From Malacoraja senta (Eukaryota): a stretch of DNA of 64,000 nt. The stretch is taken from the NCBI GenBank assembly GCA_038087875.1, contig CM075981.1, positions 2,728,001 to 2,792,000 on the forward strand. Reading direction: 5' to 3'. The translations under genes were made by a program, and so were the position numbers. Below the pieces are notes generated by a model, which saw only the letters and a list, made by a program, of their open reading frames with translations, did no database searches and had not been told where the DNA came from. Shown here in pieces: positions 51,111 through 64,000 of the stretch. Each line of letters opens with the position of its first letter. Position 1 is the first letter of the stretch.

Positions 51111-52443
51111 ATGGTCAATAAATATATTTCCTAGGATGGAGCGAGACTGAATAGGCAGGAATTGTTTTCCTTGGAGCAGGGAAGGCTGAGGGAGGAGGCT
51201 GATTGGGTAATACAAAATTATGTCGGACATAGTGGGAAATTGTTCCTTTTAGCAGAGATACCACTAACCAGAGGGCATAGATTTTAAATGCAGGAGAATG
51301 AGAGAACCTTTTCAGTCAGTGAATGGTTGAAATCTGGAACACATTGGCAGCATCCTCACAACATTTAAGAAGTGGGGTTTGTATAGATGGGCACTTGATG
51401 GCTGGCACAGGCGCATTGGGCTGGAGGGCCTGTTTCCACACTGCATGCCTGTGACTTTATCTCTGAGACAGTTATTTTTTTCTTCAGCCTTCTCTATTCC
51501 AAGTAAAACAATCCCAGCCTCTCTGACCTTTTCACATAGCCAAAATCTCCTAGCCCTGACACCATTCTTGTAAATTTCCTGTGTACCCACTTTAAGGTAA
51601 TCATATTGTTCCTGTAATAACTCATACTTTTGTACACAATACCTTTAAGGATCTGTAGATGGGAGGTTCCTCTCTCCCTTTACACCTCTGAATGAAAAAC
51701 ATACAACTAAAGTATCGGGCCAGTTTTGCTGTGCTTTATATTTGCATATGTCTTTCAGATATTTGGGTTGAGAGACTGTCCTTCCAGATCTGGTTGCAGT
51801 TCTCCTGGCCCTATTACCAAGCTGTGGTGTTCTCATTCTTCAGGGTAAGTGGTGCACCCTTGACTATCTCCAAATCAGGTTCTCCATTTGTCTTGCTGAG
51901 ATGGTGCCTATTCCTCCAATATGATACACGTCCTCCATCAAGATCTTATATAATCTGATATGTGATTGTATTTCAACACCTCTGCTTTCTGTCATGAAAA
52001 TCAAGAAACTGCAGACTTTGGGATTCTGAAATAAAATAGAAAATGGTGGAAATGCTCAGCAAGTCAGGCAGCATCGGCGGAAAGGAAAATGGTTAATGTT
52101 TCAGTTCAAAGACTCCTTTGTCAGAAATGGAAAAGATAGTAAACAAGTTTTAAGTTGCTGGAAAGGAAGAGGTCAAAGGGATTATCTCTGATATGATGGT
52201 TGGTTAGTCGCGATCAGGGTTCTTTGGGGATAGATAGTACACATCGTCATGGATGGGTTAATGGAAGCGGTTGGAGAGAAATGGAACAAGAGACTTTAAA
52301 ACAGAATATAAACAGGATTGTGAGAAGGTGCAAAATGTAGGGCTGTAAGATATGTTCGCAGGACAGGCCATGCTCATGGAGAGAGAAAAACCCTGAGCAA
52401 ATATTGTAGATGGATGACTTCCATCAAAATAGCGAGTTCCTCA

Positions 52444-53077
52444 ATGGCATTCATAGCAAAAGGATTTGAGTATAGGAGCAGGGAGGTTCTACTGCAGTTG
52501 TACAGGGTCTTGGTGAGACCACACCTGGAGTATTGCGTACAGTTTTGGTCTCCAAATCTGAAGAAAGACATTCTTGAGGGAGTACAGAGAAGGTTCACCA
52601 GACTGATTCCTGGGATGTCAGGACTTTCATATGAAGAAAGACTGGATAGACTCGGCTTGTACTCGCTAGAATTTAGAAGATTGAGGGGGGATCTTATAGA
52701 AACTTACAAAATTCTTAAGGGGTTGGACAGGCTAGATTCAGGAAGATTGTTCCCGATGTTGGGGAAGTCCAGGACAAGGGGTCACAGTTTAAGGATAAAG
52801 GGGAAATCCTTTAGGACTGAGATGAGAAAAACATTTTTCACACAGAGAGTGGTGAATCTCTGGAACTCTCTGCCACAGAAGGTAGTTGAGGCCAGTTCAT
52901 TGGCTATATTTAAGAGGGAGTTAGATGTGGCCCTTGTGGCTAAAGGGATCAGGGGGTATGGAGAGAAGGCAGGTACAGGATACTGCGTTGGATGATCAGC
53001 CATGATCATATTGAATGGCGGTGCAGGCTCGAAAGGCCGAATGGCATACCCCTGCACCTATTTTCTATGTTTCTATT
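52444..53077 (+). mobile_element. Young CR1 (HER1-like) LINE 3' fragment
   Basis: Open ORF2 C-terminus near-identical to copies at 9132, about 23057 and 29845; TTTCTATG tail. Confidence 0.9.
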
Positions 53078-53804
53078 AGGTACAGCAAAATTCCTTTTTT
53101 GCATACACTTCAATAAAAAATCTTAATATACACAAGCACAATCATACTTAAATACAAGAGTGCAAGAATAGTAGATAACACTGAAGCAGTACACGAGAGT
53201 TGCCACATTTCTGGCAGCATCTTGCATCCTTTTTGTGATACAGTGAAAGTGAATTACCTAAAGGTTTACAATTTAATATCGCATTTGGAAGGCTGCAATG
53301 TGCTCGGGTAGAAAATGAAGTTTTGTTCCTCAAGCTTACATTGGGCATAGTTGTGGCAGTGCTGGAGGCCACTAACAGATAGGTCAGTGAAAATTGGCAA
53401 GAAGCAGGGAGCTCTGAGTCACATTTATAGACTAAATGCAAGTGCTGTACAAAACAGTCATCCAGTCTACATTTGGTTTCTCCGAGATTAAGGAGATCAT
53501 ATTGTGAACACTGAATTGGAACTGCAAGATAATTGTTGCTTTACTTTCAAGGATTGTTTGGATATTGGGATGGGAAAATTAAAAAGATAAACATAGTATC
53601 TCCTGAGTTGTATGGGGAAGTACTGCAGAAAGTGGAGTGATTGGTGAGGGCAGAAGAATGGACATGGGGTTGTGAAGGAAAAGGTCACTTCAGAATGCTG
53701 AAAAGAGAGGGAGGGGAAGATGTATTGGTGGGGTAATCTTGTTGAAGTTGTTGGAAGTGCAAGAGATGATCTGTTGTATGCCAAGGTTAATTGGGTGGAA
53801 AGGA

Positions 53805-54430
53805 ACTTCACCTCCCCCCTCCACTCCATTCAAGGACCCAAGCAGTCGTTCCAGGTGCGACAGAGGTTCACCTGCATCTCCTCCAACCTCATCTATTGCA
53901 TTCGCTGCTCTAGATGCCAGCTGATCTACATCGGTGAGACCAAGCGGAGGCTTGGCGATCGTTTCGCCGAACACCTCCGGTCGGTCCGCAATAACCAACC
54001 TGAACTCCCGGTGGCTCAGCACTTCAACTCCCCCTCCCATTCCGTATCTGACCTCTCTGTCCTGGGTCTCCTCCATGGCCACAGCGAGCAACACCGTAAA
54101 TTGGAGGAAATGCACCTCATATTCCACTTGGGCAGTCTACATCCTGGTGGCCTGAACATTGAATTCTCCCAATTCTGCTAGCCCTTGCTGTCCCCTCCCC
54201 TTCATCAGCCATCTGGTTGTCTCCTCCCCTCCCCCAGCCCTCGGGCTCCTCCTCCGCCTTTTTCCTTTTTTCCTTTCTTCTCCCCACCCCCTATCAGTCT
54301 GAAGAAGGGTTTCGGCCCGAAACGTTGCCTATTTCCTTCGCTCCATAGATGCTGCTGCACCCGCTGAGTTTCTCCAGCATTTTTGTGTACCTTCGATTTT
54401 CCAGCATCTGCAGTTCCTTCTTTAACAACA
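53805..54430 (+). mobile_element. Young Penelope-like element 3' fragment nested in an older minus-strand copy (about 53230-54900)
   Basis: FTCISSNLIYCIRCSRCQLIYIGETKRRLGDRFAEH GIY-YIG endonuclease followed by terminal repeat. Confidence 0.88.
54299..54326 (+). ncRNA. Minimal type I hammerhead-ribozyme-like motif at the 3' end of a Penelope-like element
   Basis: CTGAAGA-A-GGGTT-TC-GGCCC-GAAAC-GTT, about 120 bp after the GIY-YIG stop codon. Confidence 0.5.
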
Positions 54431-55869
54431 ATGAGGGAAAGTTTGTCTAGGAGGGTGGTATGAGGACAGAAGTGTAGGAAATAAAGTAGATGAGGCCCTT
54501 GGTTCTGCTAGTTATGTTAGAGGGAAATTAATGGTCCAAGAAGTATTGAAGACATGTTAGAGATACCGATGTGAAAAGACATCATCAGAGGAAATATGAC
54601 AAAGAAGCAAGAATAGAATGCAGTCCTTGCAAGGGGGGCATTTTGGGAGGAATTATAGTCAAGGTAACCGAAAATCTATGACTTGCAATGGATGTTTGTT
54701 ATTGGTTTATCCTTGAGATGGAGACAGTCAGAATGGGAAGGAGGGAGTCAGAGATGGACCATGTGAAGGTGAGGGCAGGGTGGAAATGGCTGCAAAAGTC
54801 AAGACATTTTGAATTATTTTTGAGTACTGAAAACATCAGCAATTGACGTCATCGGTGTACTGTGAAAAAAGTGGGATGTGAGCCTGAGAAGGACTGAAAC
54901 AAAAACTGTTCTAGAGGCCCACAAAAAGCCATGCATTGGTTAGAAACATGCAAGTTTATATAACAACACTATTGATCTGGCGAAGTGAGTGAAGATGCCA
55001 GAGAAGTTAATTCAATATGAAGATGAGTTCAGTCAACAAAATGAGTGAGTTTGTCAAGTTGTGGAGTTTATTGTCACGCACAACTGTAGTGATGTACAAG
55101 TTCAATACAAATCTTGTTTGCAGCAATTTCACATACATTAAAACATAAAATACACATAAAAACATCAATTATAAAAATGTTACGTAAATTCTACAAGGTG
55201 GTGAATAGAAGAATGTGAAACAAGACATTAATGGAAAAATACTATACACAATTGGAAAACAAGACCATTGTAATGCAAGGAGGTGGTCCATAGTGTTCCA
55301 TTGCCGAGATACAATTAAGGTTGTGCAGAGCAGTTCAAGAAGCTGATGGTAATAAAAAATATGTTATTCATGTACCTGGTGGTATGGGACATCAGGCCCT
55401 GTATCTGCCCCACGAGCAGCAACAAGAAAGCATGACCCAGATGGCGGGAATTCTTGATAATTAATGCTTGATAATTAATGCTGCCTTCTTAAAGAAGCGC
55501 CTCAAATAGATATTTTCAATGATACCAATGTCCACATTACCTCTTCAGTTACATAAATATCTATTGAAGACCTGGGTGAGTCCACCACTCTCTGCAGCCT
55601 CTTGTGTTCCTGAGCTTTGGAATTGCCTTACTAGACTATGATATAATGTCAGGATACTATCTACTCTGCATCTGTAGAGATTTATGATGACATACTGAAT
55701 CTCTTTAAACTTTGAAGAAAGTAGAGGTGCTGGAACGTTATCTTCGTGATTGCATCGATGTTCTGAGCCCAAGACAGATCGTCCAAAATGTTGACCCCAG
55801 GAATTTGAAAGTGCTAATTCTCTCCATCACTGATCCACATGTTCTCTCTACTTCCCATTTCTACCACCA

Positions 55870-56580
55870 GGGGCGCCGAACAATTGGCAGCCTCGCCAAC
55901 AGTCTGTTTTTTCGATTTTTTAAATTGTTAGCGCACTTTATAAGTCTGTGTAAATGTTCTCCGGTTTGTTTTATATGGGGGGCGGGGAAGGGGTTGGGGG
56001 AAACTTTTTTTTTCAGTTTCTTACCTTGCCGTAGATGCGATGTTTTCCGGGTCGTGTCTCCAGTCGCTCTGCGGCCTACCATCATTGGAGCTGGAGGCCT
56101 CCTCGGACTGACCTTGGGCCCCACCGCGGGGCGTGGACTTAACATCAGAATCGAACCCTTGCCTGGGATTGCTCCAACCATGGCCTACAATCTTAAGAGC
56201 TCGCAGTCTGGAGAGGCTAGTCAGGAGCTCCAACGAATGCAGAGGCTCAACCAGCCCCAGCGCGGGGGAGTTGACATCCCCCCCGATGCAGGAGCAGATC
56301 GCCCCGATGCGGAGGGCCCAAAAACGCCGCCGGCTATGGGAGTCAAGATCGTCCCGTCAACAGAGGGCTCGAGGCCCCCGACCACTGGAGATCAAAAGAT
56401 TAAACTTTTTTTCGCCTTCCATCACAGTGAGGAATGTGGAGGAGTCACTGTGGTGGATGTTTATGTTAAAATGTGTTTTGTGTGTTCTGTTGCTTTTTAT
56501 TTGTATGACTGACTTGGCAAATCAAATTCTTCGTATTTTGCAAAACATACTTGGCTAATAAAGTATTATTGTGATTGTGA
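55870..56580 (+). mobile_element. GC-rich non-autonomous retroposon-like element within Rex1-type remnants
   Basis: 3' end has the same CCATCACAGTGAG..TCACTGTGGTGG hairpin, AATAAA and short tandem tail as the 13322-13927 units. Confidence 0.55.
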
Positions 56581-57638
56581 TATCTAAAGTAGAGGGGAAG
56601 TGATTATGTCTCTGTTGAAGAAAAGCAGGAATCCCTCAAACTAGGGGAGGTGTAGATTCTGTCACTTCTCTATTTCACTCCCACTCTGACCTCCAACAGT
56701 ATCTGTGGCCTCCTCTGTTATTATACCAATGCCTAATGTATATTTGAGGAGCAGCACTTCACCTTCCATTTGGACATGTTGCAGCTCAGGTCAATAATGA
56801 AGTCAACAAACTCGGGGAACTGATCTTCTCTTTCTGTATCAGAACTGTTGATTTATGTTGGAAATCATTCATCTGCACAATTGGCTCAGTCTTTCTATTA
56901 GCCCAGCCTGGCCTCATGGATATACCCTACAGACTTGCACCTTTTCAAATCTTTGTATTTTATTCCCTTTATGATACCAATCTCCACATTACCTCTTCAG
57001 TTACATAATGCCAACATGTTTCTTGCTTTCTCTCATGGATACTGTCAGTCAGACCGAACTTCAAAGTCAATGACTACAGTTCTTAGCAATGGCAGATCTT
57101 TGGCTCTGCATTGCGTTGGTTGTCTCTGCCTTCCAGCACCCTTTTGCACTCCTGGTACGCAGCATGTGAATATTCATATGCAAATTGTGTGATTAAAATA
57201 ATTACTTTCAATGAAGCAATGTTCGTAATCCTATTATGGACTATGTTTATCAGATCCATCTGTCCTGTGCTGCTTCCACATATGTAATCTACATTTAAAA
57301 GACATTTGGACAGATATGAGGATAGATTTAGAAGGATATGGGCTATACTTGGCAGATGGGACCAGTGTAGATGGGGCATCTTGGTCGGTGTGGACAAGTT
57401 GGGCGGAAGGGCCTGTATCCATGCTGTATGACTGACTATATATTTGGGGCATCATTCTGATCTGCTTTGTTGAAATTACCATAAAACATTACTTCATTCT
57501 TTGAGTGCACGCCAGAGTGTGCCCCAGCCAGTTTGAGTGTGTTCTTGTTGTACAACATCACTTGTTGTGCCAGTGCTAAGTGAAAATGTCACTGGTTACT
57601 CTTGCACCATCATGTAACATAGGAACATCAGGTGCATA

Positions 57639-59162
57639 CAGTGCATTCAGAAAATATTCAGACCCCTTCACTTTTTTCCACATTTTGTTACGTTCACAAC
57701 CTTATTTTTAAATGGATTAAATTCTTTTTTTTAATCTTCAATCTACACATAATGCCCCTGAAAGCAAAAACAGGTTTTTAGAAAATTTTGTTAAATAATT
57801 AAAAAGAAATAACTGAAATATCATATTTACATAAGTATTCAGACCCTTTGCTATGACACTCAAAATTGAGCTTAGCTTCAACCTGTTTCCATTGACAAAC
57901 CTTGAAATATTTCTACAACTTGATTGGAGTCCACCAGAGGTAAATTAAATCAGAGCAAAATAAAAGCCATGAAGATGAAGGAATTGTCCCGTAGACCTCT
58001 GAGACAGGATTGTGTCAAGACACAGATCTGGGGAAGGGCATAAAACAATTTCTGCAGCATTGCAGGTCCCGAAGAGCACAGTGGCCTCCGTCATTCTTAA
58101 ATGGAAGAACTTTGGAACCACCAGGACTCTTCATAGAGCTGGCCACCCAGCCTAACTGAGCAATCGGGGGAGAAGGGCCTTGGTCAGGGAGGTGACCAAG
58201 AAGCCAATGGTCACTCTGACAGAGCTCCAGAGTTCCTCTGTGGAGATGGGAGAACCTTCCAGAAGAACAACTATATCTGCAGCACTCCACCAATCAGGCC
58301 TTCATGGTAGAGTGGCCAGACGGAAGCCACTCTTCAGTAAAAGGCACATGACAGCCCGCTTGGAGAAACAAGATTCTCTGGTCTGATGAAACCAAGATTG
58401 AACTCTTTAGCCTGAATGCCAAGCGTCACGTCTGGAGAAAACCAGGCACCACTCATCACCTGGCCAATACCATACCTACGGTGAAGCATGGTGGTGGCTG
58501 CATCATGCTGTGGGAACGTTTTTCAGCGGCAGGAACTGGCAGACTAGTCAGGATCGAGGGAAAGATGAACGGAGCAAAGTACAGAGACATCCTTGATGAA
58601 AACTTGCTCGAGAGTGTTCTGGACCTCAGACTGGGGCGGCGGTTCAACTTCCAACAGGATAATGACCGTAAGCACACAGCAATGACAACGCAGGAATGGC
58701 TTAGTGACAAGTCTGTGAATGTACTTGAGTGGCCTAGCCAGAGCCCGGACATGAACCCGATCGAACATCTCTGGAGGGACCTGAAAATAGCTGTGCATCG
58801 ACGCTCCCCATCCAACCTGACAGAGCTTGAGAGGATCTGCAGAGAAGAATGGGAGAAATTACCCAAATACAGGTGTACCAAGCTTGTAGCGTCATACTCA
58901 AGAGGACGAGGCTGTAATCACTGCTAAAGGTGCCTCAACAAAGTAATTAGTAAAGGGTCTGAATACTTATGTAAATGTGATATTTGTTATTTCTTTTTAA
59001 TTACTTTGCAAACATTTCTAAACACCTGTTTTCACTTTTTTATTATGGGGTATTGTGTAGATTGATGATACAAAAAATGAATTTAATCCATTTTAGAATA
59101 AGGCTGTAACGTAACAAAATTTGGAAAAAGTGAGGGGGTCTGAATACTTTCTGAATGTACTG
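57639..59162 (+). mobile_element. Tc1 (IR/DR type) DNA transposon with defective transposase
   Basis: TA TSD; TIRs of about 210 bp starting CAGTGCATTCAGAAA; transposase remnants about 57969-58950 with WSDETK, QQDND and [11 protein letters not shown] (DD34E), frameshifts and a deletion. Confidence 0.95.
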
Positions 59163-59489
59163 TATGCCTTCCACTGAATTGACCAGGGATTCATTGTATT
59201 CATCTGGTAACCTGAACCTCATCCCCGTTTGCCTGCACAAATTATCTTATTCATTTAATGGACTTTGTGTATTCTGTTTATAAAATGATTTTCCAATACA
59301 TTTCATAATTTGCCCATATGAGGGTCATTTCTTTCTTCTGCTACTTACGTCATTGTCCACACTACTTGCAACATCTAAGCCACCTTGGCAGTACTGCACT
59401 TTTCTGCTTTTCACCACAAGTACTTCCTTTTGTAGGTCATCCAGTATTTCTAGCTTATGTTTGCGAGCTTTGCAGCTTTGTATATCTGT

Positions 59490-60500
59490 TTAGTTTTGAT
59501 ATATCATTGTTATGTGTACAAGATACAGTAAAAAAAAGTAGTTTGTGTGCTCTCTGGATAAAGCATCCATGCATGTGGAAAAATCAAGCCATCTATGTAG
59601 TATTACAGCTACGAAGAAAATGCAGAAAATGAAAGAGTACAACGTCTGCAACAGGGTAGATTGGGGGATCAGGAATACATCCTCAGCTTATAAGAGGTCC
59701 GTTCAAGAGTGTGATAACGGAAAGAAGCTGGAACGTGTGTTTACACTTTCAAGGTTTTGTATCTTATCCGTGATGGGAGAGGGAAGATGGAATGAACGGG
59801 ATGAGTGGTCCTTTATTAAGTTAGCTGCATTCCTGAGGCAGTGTGAAGTGTAGATAAATCGCTTTATGTGGGGTAAGATTTGTTGGAGACATGCTGAATT
59901 TCCTTAGTCCACTGAGGAAGTAGAGGGGCTGGTGTGCTTTTTTGGCTGTAGTGTTAATGTAATTGGACCAGGACAGAAAGTGGATGATATTTACCCCAAA
60001 GAACTTGAAGCATTAAATCATCTCCACTTCTGCACTATTGATGTAGACTGGAGTGTGCACTCCACCCTGCTTTCCAAAGTCAGACCAGCTTCTTTTTTCT
60101 TGCCGACATTGAGAGTGAAGGAGAGTTTGTTATCTTGAAACCATGTTTCTAAGCTATCTATCTCCTTCCTGCACTCTGCCTCGTTGTTGTTTGAGACCAG
60201 GCCTACTATGGTGATGCTATTGTGAAAACTTGTAAATGTAGTTAAAGCAGCATTTAGTCGCACAGTGCAAGTGTATTGGGAGAATAGTATAAAGGTTGAC
60301 AATACAGCCTTGCGGAGAGCCAGTGTTGAAAATTATTGTACAGCATGTTTTATCACGTATCCCCACTGACTGTGGTCTATGGGTCAGAAATCAAGGATAT
60401 AGTTGCAGGGGGAAGAGGGGGGTTGGTGGTGTTGAGTGTGAGGTTCAGGAGTTTGGAGATGAGTTTGGTTGGACATGGTGTTGAAGGCGGAGTTATAAAC
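59490..60500 (-). mobile_element. Degenerate Rex1/Babar-type LINE fragment
   Basis: TIVGLVSNNNEAECRKEIDSLETWFQDNKLS and GSPQGC motifs on the minus strand. Confidence 0.65.
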
Positions 60501-62559
60501 AATTAATACGTAGGTGTCTGCATGTGAAATGTTATGCTGGACTCTTTGATTGTACAAATAAGTAAGTAAGTATTTTTTTATTTATATAGCACTTTTAAAT
60601 CAAATCACGTTGAAGCCAAAGTGTTTTACAGAGAAGAAATTAGATTTCCATACATCCATATAAAAGAAAAAAGAAAAAAAGACACAATACACTATAGGAT
60701 TCAACATGAATGTCTCCCCACAGCAGAATCAACACTTTCCACTGTGAGGGAAGGCACTAAAAAGTTCAGTCCTCCTCCTAGTCCACCCGAGGTCAGGGCC
60801 TATTTGAGGCCTCCGCAGCCAGTCACCACAACGGTGGCCCGATGTTATAGGCCCTCTGCCGGGAAGATGGAACTCCGGCGTCGTATGGAACTCCTCATAT
60901 ATAATAAGCCACTATTTCAAGGACAAGTTTGTAATTTTACAAAATCGCAATCATCTGCTAATAGTTTAGGTTTCGTTAAGGAAGAATCATTGGATTTTCC
61001 GTGTTTCTGTTTGCATGAAAATAAATAATACTAATCAACTGAAACAGTCACATTTTTACCATTGATAAGATTGCTTGCATGAAATCGTGACATGGGCATT
61101 GCTGTACTAACCACTTAATTACATAGCTCACTGACTCAAGTCAATCTATTATACCAATCGGGAAGAATCACCTAGTTTTCAGTATTTTAATTCAGGTACA
61201 TTGCTAAATTTCATAGCTTCGACGAAGAGCACTTCTGACGATATGTCACAGTATCTCTTAAGATAATAGAAAGTTGGCAGTGATTCAAATTTACGGCAAG
61301 GACACATAATTACCTAAATGGAAAGCACACTGAGGAATACCATTCTTGCTATGGCTTAATTCTTGATAATCTTCTTCACTGTCTATGATATCACTTATTT
61401 TAATGTCATCTGCAAACTTACTAAATATGCCGTGCATTCAAATTGTTGATAAACTTGACATACAGGAATGGACCCACCAACCCCTGAGGAACAACACAAG
61501 TCATTGACAACCAGCCTGAAAAAACAACTTTCCACCATCACCTTGTTTTCTACTATTGTCAATTATGTAAGCAATTACCTAGCTCTCTCTGTATCCCATT
61601 TGATCTAACCTTCCAGAACAACCTACCATGCCAAACTTTATCCAAAAATTCTAACATTCGTGAGACACGATATCCCATGCACAATGCCATTCAGATGGTC
61701 TCTACCCGAATAAGGCTGGTGGACATTTAGCTACTAAATTGTGACGCGACAATGGAGAGAAAATACAGTCAAATTGCTTGCAACAGTTCTAAAGCAAATT
61801 GCGAATGCAGGCAGTTCAGCTATAACATGGTCTCATAATTAAAATAGGATATAATATGATTGATAATTTAAGGAATGCTATTTATATTATGCTGATCGAA
61901 TTGGTTATAACACAATTTTGATTAGGATCTAGAAAATCACAAGATTTGTTTTGGAAATCACTCTTTACCATCTCTCGCCTCTATTTCAGCAATCTGAAGA
62001 AGAGTCGTGACCTGAAACATTGTCTGTTTATATCCCTCCACAGATGCTGCCTGACCTGCTGAATTCCTCTAGTACTTTGTTTTTTTACTCAAGATTCCAG
62101 CATCTGTAGTCTCATGTGTCTTAAAGCAGGAAAAAAACTGTATTGAAAAAAAAATCTTTCTAGGTCACCTCGTCAACGTAATCAAACACCCTTGTCTCTT
62201 ACCAACACTTTTTTTGGGTGTGTTTCTGAGTCTATATGCTAGTGCATCACCCTCAAGTTTGAAGAATTTGCTGTCATCTTCAAAGGGGAAGACCGGGAAT
62301 CCTACATCTATTAAAGTCGTTTGGATTCACCCTACTTGATATTCAGGAACAGCTAAGAGCACTGGGTTCAGAAAAGGCTGGCCAATATTTTAACAGTGGA
62401 ACTGAAGACCTGCGTACCTTTCCCTCTTGCCAGACTGTTCCAGTATAGTTATGGCAGCAGCTCTACCTGACAACTTGAACAAATACCCAATTTAGTTCTG
62501 TCCACAAGAAGCAGGACATATGTGGTCTGGTTCACTATTGCAACCCTCAGCAATTTGAT

Positions 62560-63250
62560 GGATGAAGTTTTTGAGCCACACAAATGCCATGCAGTGGCCA
62601 AGAAGGTAACAGGAGTAGGTCACCTGGCCCTTCAAACCAGCCCTCTCTGTGCTAAATCTCTCAAATCCCCTATCTTTAAAAAAACTGTCTACCTCCACTT
62701 TAAATATCTTTAATGATTTAGCCTCATTTCTTTAGTAGAAAATTTCAGAGATCGCCATCTGTAAGAAGAAATTTCTGCACACCTTGATTTTAAGACCACA
62801 TCTTCGTGGTCAAGATTCTCCCACTGGTGAAAATATCTCGATATCTACTCTGCCCCTTTATAATTTTATGTTTTTTCAATCAGATCATTCCTCATTCTTT
62901 TAAACTCTACACAGCATTTTAGCCTCTCTTGTTAGGACAATCTCCTTATTCCCAGGAATAAACCTGGTAAATCTCCTTTGGTAAAGGGACCAAAGCTGTA
63001 TGAGTTATTCCAGCACATTGTGTCTGTTTTTGTAAACCAGCATCTGCAGTTCCTTGTTTTAAAGTGCATCACTTCAGATGTGGCTTCACTAATACCCTTG
63101 TTACAAAACTTCCTAATTTCTAAACTCCAACCCCTTTGCAATAAAGGCCAATATGTCACTTGCCTTCTTAACTACTTGCTTCACCTTTTTGTGATTCCTG
63201 CAACACCCACATCCCTCTGTACCTCACCCATATGCAGCCCCTTTCTATTT
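62560..63250 (-). mobile_element. Degenerate CR1 3' fragment
   Basis: Reverse complement of CR1 ORF2 end and 3'UTR. Confidence 0.55.
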
Positions 63251-63658
63251 CAGTGAAGATCTGCAACAATAGAGATTCTCACTGGCAATTCGGTGGGCAT
63301 GACTGACCATCACCATGTTCTTCCATCATCAGCATTGTTGGGTCGGAGGGTGGAGGTCATTAACTGGAATCTTTGCTCGACCAACTACGGCTATAGTGGC
63401 TGGGTATACCATACCATGGAACCTACCTCTGGACTCTTTCCACTATTAATTTTTAAAGTGTTCCTTAAAAACACAAGGCCAAATTTTCTGCCATATCCCC
63501 AGATAATCTCATCATATCTTATCTTAAGGTTATTTTGAAAAGGTGCTTGAATAAGTTTTCCTTTAGACCACTGATACCAATATCTGTTGCCAACATTATG
63601 AAGGTTTACTTCAATTATTTTTTTTTAAAATACATGAATTTGATTTATTTTTTTAAAG

Positions 63659-63715
63659 GAATAGTGAATTGAAGACACTTCTTGCTGTTGGAGGTTGGAA
63701 CTTTGGTTCCGTTCG
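63659..63715 (+). CDS. chia: Chitinase gene 2 exon 4
   Basis: ttttaAAG|G..CG|GTaaga, 57 bp; NSELKTLLAVGGWNFGSVR. Confidence 0.94.
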
Positions 63716-63887
63716 GTAAGAGTTTGTAATGAGGATATATTGGTAAAATATGTACGTGTAACTAATGTAAAATTCCCATCAATAATTACCTGATGCCGTT
63801 TTGCAAGCTATCCACAGTATTCCAAATGAAAAATATAAATGCCACGAGCAATTTTTAAAGTATTACTAAACTGTAAATGAAGGTTTA

Positions 63888-64000
63888 TCTATATCTATAT
63901 ATTACTAAAACTCTCATCTTGTTTGTTTGTACCTATATTTGTTCCCGAAACTCCGGCAAAACTGTACACGATAACGCTACAATTTTGGCCCACCTTAAGT
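63888..64000 (+). mobile_element. 5' end of a non-autonomous Helitron-like element (runs off window)
   Basis: A|TCTATATCTATATATTACTAAAACTCTCATCTTG, matching the 5' end of 7750-8870. Confidence 0.7.

Larger units (their letters stand above)
44911..63715 (+). other. chia: Chitinase gene 2 span (CHIA-like, GH18), 3'-partial, 4 coding exons in window
   Basis: Exons 44911-44935, 47810-47842, 49099-49303, 63659-63715 (25/33/205/57 bp) join in frame to a signal peptide plus the GH18 N-terminus. Confidence 0.9.

Noticed and set aside
55864-55877. CCACCAGGGGCGCC CTCF-like motif
   Set aside because: One G short of the core consensus and located at a repeat boundary.
55712-56512. 266-aa ORF
   Set aside because: Spans a LINE remnant and a GC-rich repeat; no domain or splice support.

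Overview
Vertebrate genomic DNA. The repeat content (HER1/CR1 LINEs, HE1-type V-SINEs, Penelope-like elements) points to a cartilaginous fish, probably a skate or ray; this is an inference. The window holds two tandem + strand GH18 chitinase genes of the CHIA/acidic mammalian chitinase type. Gene 1 is present from its catalytic exon (680-845, intact DxxDxDxE) to a putative last exon (35788-35933). That exon encodes a polar linker plus a hydrophobic, GPI-signal-like tail instead of the usual chitin-binding CBM14 domain. Gene 2 starts at 44911 and has four exons before running off the window. An isolated, degenerate chitinase exon at 40817-40870 lies between the two genes. Introns and intergenic DNA are mostly transposable elements: a 5'-truncated L1, a full-length Gypsy LTR element with TSD, nested CR1 and Rex1/Babar LINEs, RTE and RTE-X fragments, a Tc1 element, non-autonomous Helitrons, a 1.06-kb foldback element and Penelope-derived repeats with hammerhead-ribozyme-like cores. 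Exon boundaries were read by eye from GT-AG sites and chitinase homology. Repeat boundaries without a TSD or TIR are approximate.
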